Shown here: in pieces, positions 29,783 to 44,042 of the stretch
How the letters are laid out: each line of letters starts with the position of its first letter
Position numbering within the stretch: the stretch's first letter is position 1
Source: Escherichia coli
GTDB taxonomy: Bacteria; Pseudomonadota; Gammaproteobacteria; Enterobacterales; Enterobacteriaceae
Assembly: GCF_016903815.1 (NCBI RefSeq)
Contig: NZ_CP069973.1
Direction: 5' to 3' (one strand)
Length of the DNA stretch: 64,000 nt
Notes under the pieces: generated by a model
Databases searched by the model: none
What the model saw: the letters and a program-made list of their open reading frames with translations, nothing else
Told to the model about the DNA's origin: nothing
Position numbers and translations under genes: made by a program

Positions 29783-30370
29783 CTAGAACAAACGATAACC
29801 GTAACCCCATAGTATAACGGTAAGGGCGAGCAGCACTTCCAGCACCAGCACGCCTATCGCCAGCGTCGAACTGGAGAAGCTAAGGCCTTCCTCTTTGTTG
29901 ATATTCAGGAAGCTCGGAATACCGAGATAAAGCAGGTAGCCGGTGTAAAACAGCGCCACCGTGCCGACCAGCGCACACAACCAGACCAGCGGATAAAGCG
30001 CCACCAGACCGCTTAAAAACAGCGGAGTTGCAACGTAGCCCGCGAAGACCATGCAGTGCGCAAGTGACGGACGCTGTGGGTAATTGCGCGCCATCCACCA
30101 GATGACCCGCCCCATCACCGCGACCCCAGCCAGCATAACGCCGTAAAACAAGACAGCCAGCGCCAGTCCGGTAAACCAGGATAACTTCAGAATAGTGCCA
30201 TCGCCAAAATTCCAGCCAATCTGTGTAGTGCCAATGAAGGCGCAAATCACCGGAATCGCCGCCATCAGCAAAACGTGGTGGGTGTAGTGATGAGAAATCG
30301 TTTCGTTTTCACGATTAATCACCTGCATTTCACGATCGGGATGGGAAAACAGTCCCCAGACATGGCTCAT
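29783..30370 (-). CDS. yohC: Inner membrane protein (Yip1-like)
   Basis: 195-aa polytopic protein; start set at MSHVWGLF. Confidence 0.8.
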   Translation of the reverse strand: MSHVWGLFSHPDREMQVINRENETISHHYTHHVLLMAAIPVICAFIGTTQIGWNFGDGTILKLSWFTGLALAVLFYGVMLAGVAVMGRVIWWMARNYPQRPSLAHCMVFAGYVATPLFLSGLVALYPLVWLCALVGTVALFYTGYLLYLGIPSFLNINKEEGLSFSSSTLAIGVLVLEVLLALTVILWGYGYRLF

Positions 30371-30539
30371 ACCGCCCCCTTGTTGTGAGTTCATGAACCT
30401 GACAGTTCAAGTATAAGCCAGCTTGTGATTATTTTTTGTTCGCTCATATAATTTGCACCGTCTGATGTACGTCCTTTTTCAGCGTGAACTATTCACAGGG
30501 TGTATGCTTACAGGCAACTAAAGGGAGACAGACTGGCCT

Positions 30540-31118
30540 ATGGATCTCAATACACTCATCTCACAATATGGTTATGCCGCGCTGGTGATCGGTAGCCTGG
30601 CGGAAGGTGAAACCGTGACTTTGCTGGGAGGCGTTGCGGCACATCAGGGGCTATTAAAGTTCCCGCTGGTGGTACTTTCTGTGGCGCTTGGCGGCATGAT
30701 TGGCGACCAGGTGCTTTATCTGTGCGGGCGGCGGTTTGGCGGCAAGCTGTTACGCCGTTTCTCGAAACATCAGGATAAAATTGAGCGGGCGCAGAAACTT
30801 ATCCAACGCCATCCGTATCTGTTTGTCATTGGTACGCGTTTTATGTATGGCTTTAGGGTGATTGGCCCGACGCTGATTGGTGCCAGCCAGCTGCCGCCGA
30901 AAATCTTTCTGCCACTGAATATCCTTGGCGCATTTGCCTGGGCGTTGATTTTTACCACTATCGGTTACGCTGGTGGTCAGGTGATTGCGCCGTGGTTGCA
31001 CAATCTCGACCAGCATTTGAAGCACTGGGTCTGGTTGATTCTGGTCGTGGTTCTGGTGGTAGGCGTGCGCTGGTGGCTGAAACGACGCGGGAAGAAAAAG
31101 CCGGATAATCAGGCGTAA
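30540..31118 (+). CDS. yohD: DedA-family inner membrane protein
   Basis: 192 aa, DedA-like. Confidence 0.85.
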   Translation: MDLNTLISQYGYAALVIGSLAEGETVTLLGGVAAHQGLLKFPLVVLSVALGGMIGDQVLYLCGRRFGGKLLRRFSKHQDKIERAQKLIQRHPYLFVIGTRFMYGFRVIGPTLIGASQLPPKIFLPLNILGAFAWALIFTTIGYAGGQVIAPWLHNLDQHLKHWVWLILVVVLVVGVRWWLKRRGKKKPDNQA

Positions 31119-31125
31119 AACCATT

Positions 31126-31208
31126 GCCTAGGATAAGGCGTTCGCGCCGCATCCGACATCCGGTGCACCATGCCTGATGCGACGCTTGTGCGTCTTATCA
31201 TGCCTACC
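31126..31208. repeat. Pair of REP-like palindromic units (BIME-like) between yohD and yohF
   Basis: gcctgatgcgacgcttgtgcgtcttatcatgcctac and an adjacent ggataaggcgttcgcgccgcatccgacatccgg unit. Confidence 0.6.
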
Positions 31209-31247
31209 CAAATATTACCCATTGAAATAACCACGCACCTCACTGCG

Positions 31248-32009
31248 CTATTCTGGGTTGAACTGCGGATTCGCCAGCATAAAGCCGCCATCCACTATCA
31301 ACGACTGCCCAGTGGTGTAATTTGCGCCCTCCGAACAAAGCCACACCACCAGGCTGGCAATCTCATGCGTTGCGCCAAAACGCCGCAAGGGAATCGAAGG
31401 CTCCGCGCCGGGCTTCACGTCGCCATCATCCATGCCGTTCATTGGCGTGGCGATCGCCCCAGGTGCAACCGCATTCACCAAAATCTTATGCCTGACCAGC
31501 TCCAGCGCCATCGCTTTGGTTAACCCGCCGAGCGCATGTTTAGCGGCTGTGTAGGCGCTGGCATCCGGCAACGGCGTATGTTCATGCACCGACGTAATGT
31601 TGATGATGCGACCACCCTGCCCTTGTTTCACCATCTGGCGGGCAGCAATTTGCGAGCATAAAAATGCACCATCGACATCAACGGTAAAAATCTTGCGCCA
31701 CTCATCGAAAGCCATATCAAGAAACGGCGCTTTGGTCATTGCACCCGCATTATTCACCAGCACATCAATACGCCCCAGCCGTTGAATGAGTTTCTCCAGC
31801 GCCAGTGCCCCTTCTGGTAGATTGCCGAGATCCAGCTGCACGATCTCCGCACGTACGCCGTGGCTAACTACCTCACGCGCGGTATCTTTTGCCCCTTCTT
31901 CATCTGAGTGCCAGGTAATACCAATATCAAACCCCTGCTGCGCCAGTAATAACGCGCACTCTTTGCCGATCCCCGAATCGGAAGCGGTAATAATCGCAAC
32001 CTGTGCCAT
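31248..32009 (-). CDS. yohF: Short-chain dehydrogenase/reductase
   Basis: TASDSGIGKECA Rossmann motif; 253 aa. Confidence 0.85.
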   Translation of the reverse strand: MAQVAIITASDSGIGKECALLLAQQGFDIGITWHSDEEGAKDTAREVVSHGVRAEIVQLDLGNLPEGALALEKLIQRLGRIDVLVNNAGAMTKAPFLDMAFDEWRKIFTVDVDGAFLCSQIAARQMVKQGQGGRIINITSVHEHTPLPDASAYTAAKHALGGLTKAMALELVRHKILVNAVAPGAIATPMNGMDDGDVKPGAEPSIPLRRFGATHEIASLVVWLCSEGANYTTGQSLIVDGGFMLANPQFNPE

Positions 32010-32061
32010 CGAGTTCTCCACTTAACGCTGAATAAACGTTAAGTATAGAAGGCGCATATCA

Positions 32062-33498
32062 TCAGCGTTTGTAACCCCCGCCCAACGCACCAGTGAGTTG
32101 AATGGAGGCATCCAGCCACTGCCCTTGCAATAACAGGCCATTGGCCCGCTCACGCAGCGCGGGGATTCTGGCTTCGCTGACCCGGGAACCCGCAATGAGG
32201 CCCGCGTTAAAGCGCGCCTGCGCAAGACCTACTACACGCAAGGCATCGCGCTCAATTTGCGCCTGATGCTGGTTTTTCTCCGCCAGTGTCTGAACCTGAC
32301 TGGCTGCCTGCGCCACGTCATTCACCGCTTCAACCACCGCTTTGTTGTAGCTGGCGATAGACAAGTTGCTTTCGGCTTTTGCGATATCGAGGTTGGCGTT
32401 AAGACGACCACTATCGAAAATGGGTAGCGTCAGGCCTGCCGTAACGCCCATTTGCTGCGCGGAATGACGGAACAGATCGCTTAAGTGCAACGCATCCTGT
32501 TGCAGGAAGGCCATCAGGTTGATGTCAGGATAAAATGCCGCTTTTGCCGCATCAATAGTGCTTAACGATGACTCAACGTACCAGTGCGCCGCCTGCAAAT
32601 CTGCCCGCCGGGCCAGTAAGGAGTACCCCAGTTCATCAGGAAGCTGGCTTGCCACTTTCGGCAACGCGACCGGATTAAGCTTCAATGCCTTTGTCTGGTG
32701 ATTTGTAAGTGCGCTTAACCGTGCCTCAATAATTTTCATTTTCCCCGCGACATCGTTGAGCTGCTGCCGGGTTTTGCTGGCATTAATATCGGTTTCCACA
32801 CCTTCAACTGAAGAAGTAATCCCGTTCTGATATAGCTGGCGATCGGTGGCGATAATAGTGTTCTGCTCTTTTTCGATTTGCTGTAAGACCGTGTTTAACG
32901 CCGCCTGGGTTTGCCACTCCCAGTACAGACGGGCTACGCTGCCAGCCAGCAATTGGCGGGTTTGCTCGCGTTCCGCCGCCCGTGCTTTAACCGTACCCAG
33001 GCGAGCAGTAACCTCCGCCCGATTCTTTCCCCAGATATCGAGATGCCAGCCCGCCGTTAAGCCAAAAGTACCGTTGGTGTACCACGGACCGGTCGTACCT
33101 GCGGCAGGATCGTTCAGAGCAAACGGCCCCATTAACCCTTCTGCAGACATTTTTTGCCGCTCCATATCCGCAGAAAAGTCGATCTGCGGACCATCCTGAG
33201 TGGCAATTGCCTTCGCCTGGGCTTCAGCCAGCTGAATGCGCTGTTCAGCCACCTGCATATCCGGTGCGCTCTGTAGTGCGTTATTAATTAAGGAAGTGAG
33301 TTGATTATCGTGATACTCCAGCCACCATTGGCTGTCTGGCCAACCATTTTTCAGCGCCGTGGGTAATGCGGTGTCAACTTGTGCAGCGGGCGTTTGCTGG
33401 CTTAACGCCTGGCGGGTTTCATGCATAGGCGCACACCCGGTCAGCATCAGTAACAGCGGAAAACAGGCGATGGCTGGATAAAAAAAATCACGATTCAT
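32062..33498 (-). CDS. mdtQ: Outer-membrane efflux (OMF/TolC-type) lipoprotein, apparently intact (478 aa)
   Basis: Lipoprotein signal with LTGC lipobox; continuous ORF. Confidence 0.8.
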   Translation of the reverse strand: MNRDFFYPAIACFPLLLMLTGCAPMHETRQALSQQTPAAQVDTALPTALKNGWPDSQWWLEYHDNQLTSLINNALQSAPDMQVAEQRIQLAEAQAKAIATQDGPQIDFSADMERQKMSAEGLMGPFALNDPAAGTTGPWYTNGTFGLTAGWHLDIWGKNRAEVTARLGTVKARAAEREQTRQLLAGSVARLYWEWQTQAALNTVLQQIEKEQNTIIATDRQLYQNGITSSVEGVETDINASKTRQQLNDVAGKMKIIEARLSALTNHQTKALKLNPVALPKVASQLPDELGYSLLARRADLQAAHWYVESSLSTIDAAKAAFYPDINLMAFLQQDALHLSDLFRHSAQQMGVTAGLTLPIFDSGRLNANLDIAKAESNLSIASYNKAVVEAVNDVAQAASQVQTLAEKNQHQAQIERDALRVVGLAQARFNAGLIAGSRVSEARIPALRERANGLLLQGQWLDASIQLTGALGGGYKR

Positions 33499-33721
33499 GG
33501 GGGAATAATCAGGTAAGAAAAGGTGCGCGGAGATTACCGTGTGTTGCGATATATTTTTTAGTTTCGCGTGGCAATACATCAGTGGCAATAAAACGACATA
33601 TCCAGAAAAATATACACTAAGTGAATGATATCTTCCGATTTATCTTAATCGTTTATGGATAGCGGCAAAGGGCTTCGTTTTTTCCTATACTTATTCAGCA
33701 CTCACAAATAAAGGAACGCCA

Positions 33722-33805
33722 ATGAAAATTATACTCTGGGCTGTATTGATTATTTTCCTGATTGGGCTACTGGTGGTGACTGGCGTATTTAAGATGATAT
33801 TTTAA
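33722..33805 (+). CDS. yohP: Small membrane protein, 27 aa
   Basis: aaaggaacg SD then ATG; MKIILWAVLIIFLIGLLVVTGVFKMIF. Confidence 0.55.
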   Translation: MKIILWAVLIIFLIGLLVVTGVFKMIF

Positions 33806-33899
33806 AATTAATTAATGTCATCAGATCCGAAAATAACGAGAATATTTCAGTCTCTCATCCTGTTGCGCTCCTGTCATGTGCATTGCTTCATATAATCAC

Positions 33900-34130
33900 T
33901 GGCGCAAGGAGCGCGCAGGGGGCGACCAATCGCCGCCGCCCCCTGCACCCCCGGGCTCTGGCGAACAAAATCGCCGCTGCGCGGTGCCCTCGGCTTATCC
34001 CTTACGGCTACCGGGTCGGGCGCGAGGTAACATCCCTGTAAAACGCGCCCTCAGCCCACATCCATGTGGGCTGCCCCGGCCTTCAGGGAACGCCTCGGCG
34101 ATTTTGACGCCACCAAACAACCGTGCGGCC
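33900..34130. repeat. GC-rich structured intergenic element with nested inverted repeats
   Basis: cagggggcg...cgccccctg; cagcccacatc/catgtgggctg perfect palindrome; ggcgaacaaaatcgccg mirrored by cggcgattttgacgcc. Confidence 0.4.
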
Positions 34131-34177
34131 TATTGATAAAGAGCTAACACATTGTCAAAAAACATCACTATGGTTTC

Positions 34178-35125
34178 TTAGAGTTTCTCGATATCAATTG
34201 CCTGAATAGCCCTTGCAATATCATGGGAATTATTCAACACCCGAACATGCTGAAATAATTCCGTTGCTTCATCGTATTCTTTACGCAAATAACTCAACCA
34301 CTGTTTAATCCGCGCTACGTGATATAACCCGGTATCGCCCTGCTTTTCCAGACGGGTATATTTTTGCAGCAAAGCAACCACCTCCGGCCACGGCATTCGC
34401 GGTTCGTTATATTTTACCACACGGCTCAGGTTGGGAATATTGAGCGCCCCGCGACCAATCATCACTGCGTCGCAGCCGCTGATCGCCATGCATTGTTGCG
34501 CGCTCTGCCAGTCCCAGATTTCACCGTTGGCAATCACCGGAATATTCAGCCGCTGGCGAATATCGCCAATCGCCTGCCAGTCAATATGCTCCGCGCGGTA
34601 ACCCTGCTCTTTCGTCCGCCCATGCACCACCAGCTCCGTAGCGCCAGCCTGTTGCACCGCGTCGGCGATTTCAAATTTCTTCTCACCGCTGTCCCAGCCC
34701 AGACGCACTTTTACGCTGACGGGCAAATGCGCTGGTACAGCTTCACGCATCGCTTTTGCCCCCTGGTAGATGAGTTCAGGATCTTTGAGTAACGTCGCCC
34801 CACCGCCGCTACCGTTAACCGTTTTCGACGGGCAGCCGCAATTGAGATCCACGCCCCAGGAACCTAACTCCACCGCACGGGCGGCGTTCTCTGCCAGCCA
34901 TTGTGGGAACTGACCTAACAACTGCACGCGCACCAGCGTACCGGAAGGTGTCCGGCTGGCATTTTGTAGCTCAGGGCAAATGCGATGAAAGACTTTTATT
35001 GGCAGCAGTTGATCCACCACGCGGACAAACTCGGTGATGCACAGATCGTAGTCGTTAACTTCGGTCAGCAATTCACGCACCAGAGAGTCAAGCACTCCCT
35101 CCATCGGTGCCAGTAACACACGCAT
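34178..35125 (-). CDS. dusC: tRNA-dihydrouridine synthase C
   Basis: [14 protein letters not shown]-terminus, Dus TIM-barrel motifs; 315 aa. Confidence 0.9.
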   Translation of the reverse strand: MRVLLAPMEGVLDSLVRELLTEVNDYDLCITEFVRVVDQLLPIKVFHRICPELQNASRTPSGTLVRVQLLGQFPQWLAENAARAVELGSWGVDLNCGCPSKTVNGSGGGATLLKDPELIYQGAKAMREAVPAHLPVSVKVRLGWDSGEKKFEIADAVQQAGATELVVHGRTKEQGYRAEHIDWQAIGDIRQRLNIPVIANGEIWDWQSAQQCMAISGCDAVMIGRGALNIPNLSRVVKYNEPRMPWPEVVALLQKYTRLEKQGDTGLYHVARIKQWLSYLRKEYDEATELFQHVRVLNNSHDIARAIQAIDIEKL

Positions 35126-35327
35126 ATCATCACCCGCAAAAAAATGAGGCGCTATGTTAGCGCCTATAGTCAACGGATTAAAGGTCTGCAAAGAGGGATT
35201 GCTGCAAACTGCAATCCCTCTCTATTCTTGATGTATGCCTGAGTTCGCTGCTCATTGCGTAATGCCCGGGAGCGAAAAAATAAGCGCTGATTTCTTAATG
35301 TGATCGGTAGCACGTTTTACGAATTAA

Positions 35328-36454
<1,127 letters not shown>

Positions 36455-36583
36455 AATTTGCGATGCGTCGCGCATTTTTGATGTAAGTTTCACGCGTTGC
36501 ATAATTAATGAGATTCAGATCACATATAAAGCCATAACGGGTTCGTAAACTGTTATCCCATTACATGATTATGAGGCAACGCC

Positions 36584-38579
<1,996 letters not shown>

Positions 38580-38742
38580 TATTTTCTCTTTTCTGTTAAT
38601 TATTGAGAATAATTATTACTTCACTCAATAAGCTGCGGATATAACATTCTGAACCGCAGCTATTTGTGAATCCTTTCACAGTTTAAATTTCCCCACGCGC
38701 ATAGCCTTAATATCAGCACGCAATATTTATACTCTAAATAAT

Positions 38743-38852
38743 TCAAGTTGCAGGAAGGCGACAAGTGAGTGAGTCCCCAGGAGCTTACATAAGTAAGTGA
38801 CTGGGGTGAGCGAACGCAGACGCAGCACATGCAACTTGAAGTATGACGAGTA
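38743..38852. repeat. ERIC (IRU) element
   Basis: Core gtgagtccccaggagcttacataagtaagtgactggggtgagcgaacgcagacgcagcacatgcaacttgaagtatgacgag. Confidence 0.65.
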
Positions 38853-38897
38853 TATTTAGCGTTCGCCTTAATTACTCATAGCATTAAGGAAGATCAC

Positions 38898-40136
38898 ATG
38901 CCGCAACAAAATTATCTGGATGAACTCACTCCGGCTTTTACACCGTTACTGGCGATTAAAGAAGCCTCTCGCTGCTTATTATGTCACGACGCTCCCTGTA
39001 GTCAGGCTTGCCCGGCACAGACCGATCCGGGGAAATTTATTCGCTCAATCTACTTTCGTAATTTTAAAGGCGCTGCCGAGACAATTCGTGAAAATAATGC
39101 CCTCGGTGCCGTTTGTGCCAGAGTGTGCCCGACGGAGAAATTATGCCAAAGCGGTTGTACCCGTGCCGGTGTTGATACTCCCATTGATATCGGTCGCTTA
39201 CAGCGTTTTGTTACTGATTTTGAACAACAAACTGGGATGGAAATTTATCAGCCCGGTACTAAAACGCTCGGCAAAGTCGCCATTATTGGCGCGGGTCCTG
39301 CCGGATTGCAGGCCAGTGTGACACTGACAAACCAGGGTTATGACGTCACGATCTATGAGAAAGAAGCACAACCCGGTGGCTGGTTGCGTAACGGCATTCC
39401 GCAATTCCGGTTACCGCAATCAGTACTGGATGCAGAAATCGCCCGTATTGAAAAAATGGGCGTGACCATTAAGTGCAATAACGAAATCGGTAAAACACTC
39501 ACCCTGGAGCAGCTGAAAGCGGAAAACCGCGCGGTACTGGTCACCGTGGGGTTATCTAGCGGTTCCGGGCTACCACTGTTTGAGCATAGCGACGTTGAGA
39601 TTGCCGTCGACTTCTTGCAACGTGCACGACAGGCGCAAGGCGATATCAGCATTCCACAAAGCGCATTAATTATCGGCGGCGGTGATGTCGCGATGGACGT
39701 AGCCAGCACGCTGAAAGTTCTCGGCTGTCAGGCAGTAACTTGCGTAGCGCGTGAAGAGTTAGATGAGTTTCCGGCAAGCGAAAAAGAGTTTGCCAGCGCC
39801 CGGGAGCTGGGCGTTTCGATCATTGATGGATTCACGCCAGTAGCCGTGGAAGGCAATAAAGTCACGTTTAAGCATGTACGGTTACCGGGCGAACTGACGA
39901 TGGCGGCAGATAAAATTATTCTCGCCGTCGGTCAGCATGCCAGACTGGATGCCTTTGCGGAGTTAGAGCCGCAGCGTAACACCATCAATACACAAAATTA
40001 CCAGACCCGCGACCCGCAAGTCTTTGCTGCTGGCGATATTGTTGAGGGTGACAAAACCGTGGTCTATGCAGTGAAAACCGGGAAAGAAGCCGCCGGGGCG
40101 ATTCATCATTATTTAGAGGGAGCTTGCTCATGTTAA
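38898..40136 (+). CDS. preT: NAD-dependent dihydropyrimidine dehydrogenase subunit PreT
   Basis: Dinucleotide-binding [13 protein letters not shown]-terminal Cys cluster; 412 aa. Confidence 0.9.
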   Translation: MPQQNYLDELTPAFTPLLAIKEASRCLLCHDAPCSQACPAQTDPGKFIRSIYFRNFKGAAETIRENNALGAVCARVCPTEKLCQSGCTRAGVDTPIDIGRLQRFVTDFEQQTGMEIYQPGTKTLGKVAIIGAGPAGLQASVTLTNQGYDVTIYEKEAQPGGWLRNGIPQFRLPQSVLDAEIARIEKMGVTIKCNNEIGKTLTLEQLKAENRAVLVTVGLSSGSGLPLFEHSDVEIAVDFLQRARQAQGDISIPQSALIIGGGDVAMDVASTLKVLGCQAVTCVAREELDEFPASEKEFASARELGVSIIDGFTPVAVEGNKVTFKHVRLPGELTMAADKIILAVGQHARLDAFAELEPQRNTINTQNYQTRDPQVFAAGDIVEGDKTVVYAVKTGKEAAGAIHHYLEGACSC

Positions 40137-41365
40137 CGAAAGATCTTTCTATTACCTTTTGCGGCGTGAAGTTTCCCAACCCGTTCTGCCTCTCTTCTTC
40201 GCCGGTAGGCAACTGCTATGAGATGTGTGCCAAAGCCTACGACACAGGCTGGGGTGGCGTGGTGTTTAAAACGATCGGTTTTTTTATCGCCAACGAAGTC
40301 TCGCCGCGTTTTGATCATCTGGTGAAAGAAGATACCGGTTTTATCGGCTTCAAAAATATGGAGCAAATTGCTGAACATCCGTTGGAAGAGAATCTGGCCG
40401 CCCTGCGTCGGCTGAAAGAAGATTACCCGGACAAAGTATTGATCGCTTCGATCATGGGCGAAAATGAGCAGCAATGGGAAGAGCTGGCGCGTCTGGTGCA
40501 AGAAGCTGGCGCGGATATGATCGAGTGTAACTTCTCCTGTCCGCAAATGACTTCTCATGCGATGGGTAGCGATGTCGGGCAAAGCCCGGAGCTGGTAGAA
40601 AAATATTGTCGGGCAGTAAAACGTGGTTCCACGCTGCCGATGCTGGCGAAGATGACGCCGAATATCGGTGATATGTGCGAAGTGGCGCTGGCTGCGAAGC
40701 GCGGCGGCGCAGATGGCATTGCGGCGATTAACACCGTTAAATCCATCACCAATATCGATCTTAATCAGAAAATTGGTATGCCGATCGTTAACGGTAAATC
40801 GAGTATTTCCGGATATTCCGGTAAAGCGGTAAAACCGATCGCTCTGCGCTTTATTCAGCAAATGCGCACCCATCCAGAGCTGCGCGATTTCCCGATCAGC
40901 GGTATCGGCGGTATCGAAACCTGGGAAGATGCGGCAGAGTTTTTATTGCTCGGTGCAGCGACGTTGCAGGTGACCACCGGCATTATGCAGTACGGCTATC
41001 GCATCGTAGAAGATATGGCGAGCGGGTTGTCGCATTATCTCGCCGATCAGGGATTTGATTCGTTGCAGGATATGGTAGGTCTGGCGAATAACAATATTGT
41101 CCCGGCGGAAGATTTAGACCGCAGTTATATTGTCTATCCCCATATCAATCTCGATAAATGTGTTGGCTGTGGACGCTGTTATATTTCCTGTTACGACGGC
41201 GGTCACCAGGCGATGGAATGGAGCGAGAAAACACGCACGCCGCATTGTAATACCGAGAAATGTGTTGGTTGCCTGCTTTGTGGTCACGTCTGCCCGGTGG
41301 GTTGTATTGATCTCGGAGAAGTGAAGTTTAAGAAGGGAGAGAAAGAACACCCGGTAACGTTGTAA
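40130..41365 (+). CDS. preA: NAD-dependent dihydropyrimidine dehydrogenase subunit PreA
   Basis: DHOD-like barrel plus C-terminal 2x[4Fe-4S] ferredoxin motifs CVGCGRC / [12 protein letters not shown]. Confidence 0.9.
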   Translation: MLTKDLSITFCGVKFPNPFCLSSSPVGNCYEMCAKAYDTGWGGVVFKTIGFFIANEVSPRFDHLVKEDTGFIGFKNMEQIAEHPLEENLAALRRLKEDYPDKVLIASIMGENEQQWEELARLVQEAGADMIECNFSCPQMTSHAMGSDVGQSPELVEKYCRAVKRGSTLPMLAKMTPNIGDMCEVALAAKRGGADGIAAINTVKSITNIDLNQKIGMPIVNGKSSISGYSGKAVKPIALRFIQQMRTHPELRDFPISGIGGIETWEDAAEFLLLGAATLQVTTGIMQYGYRIVEDMASGLSHYLADQGFDSLQDMVGLANNNIVPAEDLDRSYIVYPHINLDKCVGCGRCYISCYDGGHQAMEWSEKTRTPHCNTEKCVGCLLCGHVCPVGCIDLGEVKFKKGEKEHPVTL

Positions 41366-41369
41366 AACC

Positions 41370-41424
41370 AGCGACGCATCCGGCATTTGGCACCGATTGC
41401 CGGATGCGACGCATCCGGCAATAC
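41370..41424. repeat. REP-like palindromic pair between preA and mglC
   Basis: cgacgcatccggcatttggcaccgattgccggatgcgacgcatccggca. Confidence 0.55.
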
Positions 41425-41435
41425 CCACAATCACA

Positions 41436-42446
41436 TCACTTCTTACGCGCGTATTTCAGTGAATCCAGCGCTACGGCGAAGATAATAATCGCCCCTTTGA
41501 TGATGTACTGCCAGTATGGGTTTACACCGATGTACGTCAGGCCATAGTTAATGACCGTAAAGATAATTACCCCGGTCACCACGCCAATCACCGTCCCCAC
41601 ACCGCCGCTGAACGATACACCGCCTACCACGCACGCCGCGATAGCATCCAGCTCATACATAAAGCCGAGGTTGTTGGTGGCAGAGCCGATACGTCCGGCT
41701 TCTAACATCCCGCCAAAGGCATAGAACACGCCAGACAACGCGTAGATCATCAGCAGGTTCAGGCCGACGTTGACACCAGATACTTTTGCCGCTTCCGGGT
41801 TACCGCCAATGGCAAAAATGTTCTTACCGAAGCGGGTTTTGTTCCACAACACCCAGACGAACGCCACCGCAATCAACGCGTAGAAGGTGATGTAAGAGAG
41901 ACGGAAACTCCCCAGCGCGACAAAGCCCTGAGCAAAGGTAGAGAAGCCACTGTCAAAACCAGAAATTGGCGACGCACCGACAAAGTCGTAATAGAGCGAG
42001 TTGATGCCATAGACGATGATCATCGTGCCGAGCGTGGTAATGAACGGCGTCACGTTGAGATAAGCGATAATCAGGCCGTTAATCAAACCGATCACCGCAC
42101 CAATGGCACAGACAATCAGAATAACCAGCGCAATCGGCATCGTCGCCATTTCCGGGAACACTTTGTTGGCGTTATCCATCGACTGCAATAACGTCGCCGC
42201 TACTACTGCCGCCAGCCCCACCTGGCGACCTGCGGAAAGGTCAGTCCCCTGGGTGACAATTAACCCTGCCACGCCGAGCGCGATAATAATACGCACCGAT
42301 GACTGGGTGAGAATATTACTTAAGTTCAACAAACTTAAAAATGTTGGATCCTGGAAAATAATAATGGCCAGCAAAACTAAAAGAACGACGTAAATTCCGC
42401 CCTCTTTCAGGTAAGTAAGAAAACTTTTCTTATTTAACGCACTCAT
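41436..42446 (-). CDS. mglC: Galactose/methyl-galactoside ABC transporter permease
   Basis: 336 aa. Confidence 0.9.
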   Translation of the reverse strand: MSALNKKSFLTYLKEGGIYVVLLVLLAIIIFQDPTFLSLLNLSNILTQSSVRIIIALGVAGLIVTQGTDLSAGRQVGLAAVVAATLLQSMDNANKVFPEMATMPIALVILIVCAIGAVIGLINGLIIAYLNVTPFITTLGTMIIVYGINSLYYDFVGASPISGFDSGFSTFAQGFVALGSFRLSYITFYALIAVAFVWVLWNKTRFGKNIFAIGGNPEAAKVSGVNVGLNLLMIYALSGVFYAFGGMLEAGRIGSATNNLGFMYELDAIAACVVGGVSFSGGVGTVIGVVTGVIIFTVINYGLTYIGVNPYWQYIIKGAIIIFAVALDSLKYARKK

Positions 42447-42461
42447 GGGAAGCCCCTAATC

Positions 42462-43982
42462 TTAAAGGTGCAAAGACGCAAGACGCAGAATTTCGTTTTG
42501 CGTTGTTGTTTTTGTATCGACAATTCCAGAAACGAGACCATTGCTCATGACCAGAATACGGTCTGTTATCCCTAACAGCTCTGGCATTTCGGAGGAGATA
42601 ATAATAATCCCCTTGCCTTTCTTCGCCAGCTCGGCAATTAACTGATAAATTTCAAACTTCGCTCCAACATCAATACCGCGCGTCGGTTCATCGAGCATTA
42701 ATATTTCTGGTTGCGTTAGTAGCCAGCGACCAATAATCACCTTTTGCTGATTACCACCGGAGAGCGAACCAATTTGCGTCCGATGACCCGGCGTTTTTAC
42801 CCGCATCGAATCAATCACCCACTGGGTATCGCTTTTCATCCGCGAGTTATCCAGTAAACCAACTTTATTTTTGTAGTTGCGAATATTGGAAATTAACGAG
42901 TTAAAACCGATATCCAGATAGGCATAAATTCCCGTTGAGCGGCGCTCCTCAGTTACCAGAGCAAATCCGTGGTTTATGGCTTCATTGGCATTATGGTTAT
43001 TGATCTTTTTGCCGTGCAACGTAATGGTGCCAGCCGATTTCTCGCGAATACCAAATAACGTCTCAACAATATCGGTACGTTTCGCCCCCACCAGCCCGGC
43101 AATACCGAGGATCTCCCCTTTATGCAGGTCAAACGACACATCGCGAATCGATGGCTGGCGCAGCGACGTCAGGTTACGTACTTCAAGAATCACTTCGCCC
43201 GGCTTGTTTTCTTTGTCAGGGAAACGCTGGTTAAGAGAACGCCCAACCATCATGGCGATGATCTTGTCCATCGTCAGCCCTGCCAGCGGTTCGGTAGCGA
43301 TCCACTGACCGTCGCGCAATACGGTAACTTCATCACATAACTGGAAGATTTCTTCCATTTTATGCGAGATATAAACAATACCGCAGCCGCGCTCTTTTAA
43401 TTTACGAATAATAGTGAACAGATGATTGACCTCTTTTTCGGTTAACGAAGAAGTCGGTTCATCCATAATCACAATTTTCGCGTTATAGGAAAACGCTTTG
43501 GCGATTTCGATCATCTGCATTTGCGAAACGGATAATGTGCCGACGCGCGCACGCGGATCGATATCAATATCCAGTTCATCAAAAATCGCTTTGGTTTCGC
43601 GGTACATTTTGTCCTGATCGACAAACATGCCTTTGGTGGGATATCGCCCCAGCCACATGTTATCCATCACCGAACGTTGTAATACCAGGTTTAACTCCTG
43701 GTGTACCATCGAAATACCATTTTCCAGCGCTTCTTTTGCAGAATGGAAATCGATCTCTTTACCCTGGAATAAAATGGTGCCGGAGTCTTTTTGATAAATA
43801 CCAAACAGGCATTTTAATAATGTTGATTTTCCTGCGCCGTTTTCCCCCATTAATGCATGGATAGAATGTGGCCGGACTTTTAAATTAACGTTATCAAGTG
43901 CCTTAACACCAGGAAAAGACTTGTTGATACCGCTCATTTCCAACAAGTATTCCCCGGAAGACGGAGTCGTTGAGCTGACCAT
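42462..43982 (-). CDS. mglA: Galactose ABC transporter ATP-binding protein (duplicated ABC domains)
   Basis: Walker [10 protein letters not shown], 506 aa. Confidence 0.95.
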   Translation of the reverse strand: MVSSTTPSSGEYLLEMSGINKSFPGVKALDNVNLKVRPHSIHALMGENGAGKSTLLKCLFGIYQKDSGTILFQGKEIDFHSAKEALENGISMVHQELNLVLQRSVMDNMWLGRYPTKGMFVDQDKMYRETKAIFDELDIDIDPRARVGTLSVSQMQMIEIAKAFSYNAKIVIMDEPTSSLTEKEVNHLFTIIRKLKERGCGIVYISHKMEEIFQLCDEVTVLRDGQWIATEPLAGLTMDKIIAMMVGRSLNQRFPDKENKPGEVILEVRNLTSLRQPSIRDVSFDLHKGEILGIAGLVGAKRTDIVETLFGIREKSAGTITLHGKKINNHNANEAINHGFALVTEERRSTGIYAYLDIGFNSLISNIRNYKNKVGLLDNSRMKSDTQWVIDSMRVKTPGHRTQIGSLSGGNQQKVIIGRWLLTQPEILMLDEPTRGIDVGAKFEIYQLIAELAKKGKGIIIISSEMPELLGITDRILVMSNGLVSGIVDTKTTTQNEILRLASLHL

Positions 43983-44042
43983 ATAATTTTACCTTGTTGG
44001 CCATACAATAAGGGCGCAGTAAACGACTGCGCCCAATCAGTC

